From contig JASTWF010000358.1 in the NCBI GenBank assembly GCA_030390025.1, positions 62,001-126,000 on the forward strand: DNA of 64,000 bases, written 5' to 3'. Both the position numbers and the translations under genes were made by a program. Positions within the stretch are counted from its first letter, which is position 1, and every line of letters starts with the position of its first letter. Under the pieces are notes generated by a model, which searched no databases, was not told where the DNA came from, and saw nothing but the letters and a program-made list of their open reading frames with translations. The stretch comes from Squalus acanthias (Eukaryota). Shown piece after piece: positions 58,701-64,000 of this stretch.

Positions 58701-61700
58701 AGTCCCAGATAGACAGAGTGCCAGACAGAGAGAGTATCCCAGAGAGACAGAGACTCATAGAGAGGCATAGTCCCAGAAAGAGGCTGAGTCCCAGAGAGAG
58801 GCAGTGTCCCAGAGGGGAAGAGTCCCTGAGAGAGGCATGGTCCCAGAAAGACAGAATCCCAGAGAGAGGCAGAGTCCCCGGAGAGACAGAGACCCAGAAA
58901 GAGGCAGAGTCCCAGAAGAGGCAGAGTCCCAGAAAGAGGCAGAGTCCCAGAAAGAGGCAGAGTCCCAGAGAGAGGCAGAGTCCCAGATAGAGGCAGAGTC
59001 CCAGAGAGAGGCAGAGTCCCTGAGAAGAGGCAGAGTCCCAGAAGAGGCAGAGTCCCAGAGAGAGGCAGAGTCCCAGAGAGAGGCAGAGTCCCAGAAGAGG
59101 CAGAGTCCCAGAAAGAGGCAGAGTCCCAGAAAGAGGCAGAGTCCCAGATAGAGGCAGAGTCCCAAGAGAGGCAGAGTCCCAGAGAGAGGCAGAGTCCCAG
59201 AAAGAGGCAGAGTCCCAGAGAGAGGCAGAGTCCCAGAAAGAGGCAGAGTCCCAGAGAGAGCAGAGTCCCAGAGAGAGGCAGAGTCCCAGAAGAGGCAGAG
59301 TCCAGAAAGAGGCAGAGTCCCAGAAAGAGGCAGTGTCCCAGAAAGAGGCAGAGTCCAGAAAGAGGCAGAGTCCCAGAGAGAGGCAGAGTCCAGAAAGAGG
59401 CATAGTCCCAGAAAGAGGCAGAGTCCCAGAAAGAGGCAGAGTCCCAGAGAGAGGCAGAGTCCCAGAAAGAGGCAGAGTCCCAGAAGAGGCAGAGTCCCAG
59501 AAAGAGGCAGAGTCCCAGAAAGAGGCAGAGTCCCAGAAAGAGGCAGAGTCCCAGAAGAGGCAGAGTCCCAGAAAGAGGCAGAGTCCCAGAAAGAGGCAGA
59601 GTCCCAGAAAGAGGCAGAGTCCCAGAAAGAGGCAGAGTCCCAGAAAGAGGCAGAGTCCCAGAAGAGGCAGAGTCCCAGAAAGAGGCAGAGTCCCAGAAAG
59701 AGGCAGAGTCCCAGAAAGAGGCAGAGTCCCAGAAAGAGGCAGAGTCCCAGAAGAGGCAGAGTCCCAGAAAGAGGCAGAGTCCCAGAGAGAGGCAGAGTCC
59801 CAGAAAGAGGCAGAGTCCCAGAAAGAGGCAGAGTCCAGAAAGAGGCAGAGTCCCAGAAGAGGCAGAGTCCCAGAAAGAGGCAGAGTCCCAGAAGAGGCAG
59901 AGTCCCAGAAGAGGCAGAGTCCAGAAAGAGGCAGAGTCCCAGAGAGGCAGAGTCCCAGAAGAGGCAGAGTCCCAGAAAGAGGCAGAGTCCCAGAAAGAGG
60001 CAGAGTCCCAGAGAGAGGCAGAGTCCCAGAAAGAGGCAGAGTCCCAGAAAGAGGCAGAGTCCCAGAAAGAGGCAGAGTCCCAGAGAGGCAGAGTCCCAGA
60101 TAGAGGCAGAGTCCCAGATAGAGGCAGAGTCCCAGAGAGAGGCAGAGTCCCAGAGAGAGGCAGAGTCCCAGAAGAGGCAGAGTCCCAGAGAGAGGCAGAG
60201 TCCCAGAGAGAGGCAGAGTCCCAGAGAGAGGCAGAGTCCCAGAGAGAGGCAGAGTCCCAGAAAGAGGCAGAGTCCCAGAAAGAGGCAGAGTCCCAGAAAG
60301 AGGCAGAGTCCCAGAAAGAGGCAGAGTCCCAGAAGAGGCAGAGTCCCAGAAAGAGGCAGAGTCCCAGAGAGAGCAGAGTCCAAGAAGAGGCAGAGTCCCA
60401 GAAAGAGGCAGAGTCCCAGAAAGAGGCAGAGTCCCAGAAGAGGCAGAGTCCCAGAGAGAGGCAGAGTCCCAGAAAGAGGCAGAGTCCCAGAGAGAGGCAG
60501 AGTCCCAGAGAGAGGCAGAGTCCCAGAAAGAGGCAGAGTCCCAGAGAGAGGCAGAGTCCCAGAAAGAGGCAGAGTCCCAGAAAGAGGCAGAGTCCCAGAA
60601 GAGGCAGAGTCCCAGAAAGAGGCAGAGTCCCAGAAGAGGCAGAGTCCCAGAAAGAGGCAGAGTCCCAGAAAGAGGCAGAGTCCCAGAAAGAGGCAGAGTC
60701 CCAGAAAGAGGCAGAGTCCCAGAAAGAGGCAGAGTCCCAGAAAGAGGCAGAGTCCCAGAAAGAGGCAGAGTCCCAGAAGAGGCAGAGTCCCAGAAAGAGG
60801 CAGAGTCCCAGAAAGAGGCAGAGTCCCAGAAAGAGGCAGAGTCCCAGAAGAGGCAGAGTCCCAGAAGAGGCAGAGTCCCAGAGAGAGGCAGAGTCCCAGA
60901 AAGAGGCAGAGTCCCAGAAAGAGGCAGAGTCCCAGAAGAGGCAGAGTCCCAGAGAGAGGCAGAGTCCCAGAGAGAGGCAGAGTCCCAGAGAGAGGCAGAG
61001 TCCCAGAGAGAGGCAGAGTCCCAGAGAGAGGCAGAGTCCCAGAGAGAGGCAGAGTCCCAGAGAGAGGCAGAGTCCCAGAGAGAGGCAGAGTCCCAGAGAG
61101 AGGCAGAGTCCCAGAGAGAGGCAGAGTCCCAGAGAGAGGCAGAGTCCCAGAGAGAGGCAGAGTCCCAGAGAGAGGCAGAGTCCCAGAGAGAGGCAGAGTC
61201 CCAGAGAGAGGCAGAGTCCCAGAGAGAGGCAGAGTCCCAGAGAGAGGCAGAGTCCCAGAGAGAGCAGAGTCCCAGAGAGAGGCAGAGTCCCAGAGAGAGG
61301 CAGAGTCCCAGAGAGAGCAGAGTCCCAGAGAGAGGCAGAGTCCCAGAGAGAGGCAGAGTCCCAGAGAGAGGCAGAGTCCCAGAGAGAGGCAGAGTCCCAG
61401 AGAGAGGCAGAGTCCAGAGAGAGGCAGAGTCCCAGAGAGAGGCAGAGTCCCAGAGAGACAGAGACCCAGAGAGAGAGAGAGAGAGTCCCAGAGAGAACAG
61501 AGTCTCAGAGAGACAGAGACCCAGAGAGATAGAGTCCCAGATAGACAGAGTGCCAGACAGAGAGAGAGTCCCAGAGAGACAGAGTCGCATAGAGAGGCAT
61601 AGTCCCAGAAAGAGGCTGAGTCCCAGAGAGAGAGAGAGAGTCCCAGAAAGAAGCAGAGTCCCAACGATGCACCCAGAGAGAGGCAGAGTCCCATAGAGAC

Positions 61701-64000
61701 ATAGTCCCAGAGAGAGGCAGGGTCCGAGAGAGACAGAGTCCCAGAGAGAGGCAGAGACACAGAGTCAAGAGTCCCAGAGAGAAGCAGAGTCTCAGAGAGA
61801 CAGAGTCCCAGAGAGAAGCAGAGTCCCAACAATGCACCCAGAGAGAGGCAGAGTCCCATAGAGACATAGTCCCAGAGAGAGGCAGAGTCCCAGAGAGACA
61901 GAGTCCAAGAGAGAGGCAGAGTCCCAGAAATACAGATTCCCAGAGAGAGGCAGAGTGCCAGAGAGAGGCAGAGTCCCAGAGAGAGGCAGAGTCCCAGAGA
62001 GAGGCAGAGTCCCAGAGAGAGGCAGAGTCCCAGAGAGAGGCAGAGTCCCAGAGAGAGGCAGAGTCCCAGAGAGAGGCAGAGTCCCAGAGAGAGGCAGAGT
62101 CCCAGAGAGAGGCAGAGTCCCAGAGAGAGGCAGAGTCCCAGAGAGAGGCAGAGTCCCAGAGAGAGGCAGAGTCCCAGAGAGAGGCAGAGTCCCAGAGAGA
62201 GGCAGAGTCCCAGAGAGAGGCAGAGTCCCAGAGAGAGGCAGAGTCCCAGAGAGAGGCAGAGTCCCAGAGAGAGGCAGAGTCCCAGAGAGAGGCAGAGTCC
62301 CAGAGAGAGGCAGAGTCCCAGAGAGAGGCAGAGTCCCAGAGAGAGGCAGAGTCCCAGAGAGAGGCAGAGTCCCAGAGAGAGGCAGAGTCCCAGAGAGAGG
62401 CAGAGTCCCAGAGAGAGGCAGAGTCCCAGAGAGAGGCAGAGTCCCAGAGAGAGGCAGAGTCCCAGAGAGAGGCAGAGTCCCAGAGAGAGGCAGAGTCCCA
62501 GAGAGAGGCAGAGTCCCAGAGAGAGGCAGAGTCCCAGAGAGAGGCAGAGTCCCAGAGAGAGGCAGAGTCCCAGAGAGAGGCAGAGTCCCAGAGAGAGGCA
62601 GAGTCCCAGAGAGAGGCAGAGTCCCAGAGAGAGGCAGAGTCCCAGAGAGAGGCAGAGTCCCAGAGAGAGGCAGAGTCCCAGAGAGAGGCAGAGTCCCAGA
62701 GAGAGGCAGAGTCCCAGAGAGAGGCAGAGTCCCAGAGAGAGGCAGAGTCCAGAGAGAGGCAGAGTCCCAGAGAGAGGCAGAGTCCCAGAGAGAGGCAGAG
62801 TCCCAGAGAGAGGCAGAGTCCCAGAGAGAGGCAGAGTCCCAGAGAGGCAGAGTCCCAGAGAGAGGCAGAGTCCCAGAGAGAGGCAGAGTCCCAGAGAGAG
62901 GCAGAGTCCCAGAGAGAGGCAGAGTCCCAGAGAGAGGCAGAGTCCCAGAGAGAGGCAGAGTCCCAGAGAGAGGCAGAGTCCCAGAGAGAGGCAGAGTCCC
63001 AGAGAGAGGCAGAGTCCCAGAGAGAGGCAGAGTCCCAGAGAGAGGCAGAGTCCCAGAAGAGGCAGAGTCCCAGAGAGAGGCAGAGTCCCAGAGAGAGGCA
63101 GAGTCCCAGAGAGAGGCAGAGTCCCAGAGAGAGGCAGAGTCCCAGAGAGAGGCAGAGTCCCAGAGAGAGGCAGAGTCCCAGAGAGAGGCAGAGTCCCAGA
63201 AGAGGCAGAGTCCCAGAGAGAGGCAGAGTCCCAGAGAGAGGCAGAGTCCCAGAAGAGGCAGAGTCCCAGAGAGAGGCAGAGTCCCAGAGAGAGGCAGAGT
63301 CCCAGAGAGAGGCAGAGTCCCAGAGAGAGGCAGAGTCCCAGAGAGAGGCAGAGTCCCAGAGAGAGGCAGAGTCCCAGAGAGAGGCAGAGTCCCAGAGAGA
63401 GGCAGAGTCCCAGAGAGAGGCAGAGTCCCAGAGAGAGGCAGAGTCCCAGAGAGAGGCAGAGTCCCAGAGAGAGGCAGAGTCCCAGAGAGAGGCAGAGTCC
63501 CAGAGAGAGGCTGAGTCCCAGAGAGAGGCAGTGTCCCAGAGGGGAAGAGTCCCTGAGAGAGGCAGGGTCCAGAAAGACAGAATCCCAGAGAGAGGCAGAG
63601 TCCGGAGAGACAGAGACCCAGAGAGAGATGAGAGAGTCCCATAGAGAAGCAGAGTCTCATGGAGAGGCATAGTCCCAGAAAGAGGCTGAGTCCCAGAGAG
63701 AAGCAGAGTCTCAGACCGACAGAGTCCCAGAGACACAGAGTCCCAGAAAGACAGAGTGCCAGACAGAGAGAGAATCCCAGAGAGACAGAGTCTCAGAGAG
63801 AGGCAAAGTCCCTGAAAGAGGCTGAGTCCCAGAGAGAGGCAGTGTCCCGGAGGGGAGGAGTCCTGAGAGAGGCAGGGTCCAAGAAAGACAGAATCCCAGA
63901 GAGAGATTGAGTCCCAGAGAGACAGAGACCCAGAGAGAGAGAGAGAGAGTTCCAGAGAGAAGCAGAGTCTCAGAGAGACAGAGTCCCAGAGAGATAGAGT
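43731..64000 (+). repeat. 18-bp satellite CCCAGA(A/G)AGAGGCAGAGT, >20 kb
   Basis: About 1100 tandem units with A/G variant domains, 16-17-bp variants and degenerate blocks. Confidence 0.98.
47309..47508. other. Assembly gap (200 N)
   Basis: Exactly 200 N, likely a scaffolding placeholder. Confidence 0.98.

Noticed and set aside
43671..63910. Giant ORFs (up to 4971 aa; WDSASF, SGTLPL, ERGRVP, RQSPR repeats)
   Set aside because: The 18-bp unit has no stop in any frame. The ORFs wander between registers and cross an N gap, so they are satellite artefacts.

Overview
This is a eukaryotic, repeat-only window with no host gene; the CR1/HER1-type LINE 3' ends suggest a cartilaginous fish (inference). 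Positions 1-31 kb are a diverged 33-bp satellite carrying six LTR copies of an endogenous foamy (spuma)-like retrovirus and two CR1 LINEs. Two LTRs remain attached to pol/integrase remnants that match prototype foamy virus motifs and lack a full env. Three are solo LTRs with 4-bp TSDs and one is truncated. One CR1 has an intact ORF2 with no upstream in-frame ATG and a U-UUA-AAC slippery site at the ORF1 stop. Positions 31-41.6 kb are a four-level nest: foamy LTR < CR1 < CR1 < tRNA-Ser-primed class I-like ERV. Positions 41.6-64 kb are a 27-bp minisatellite and a >20-kb purine-rich 18-bp satellite with a fold-back inversion, higher-order blocks and a 200-N gap. The giant ORFs in the satellites are artefacts. 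All similarity calls come from reading motifs by eye; no search was run.
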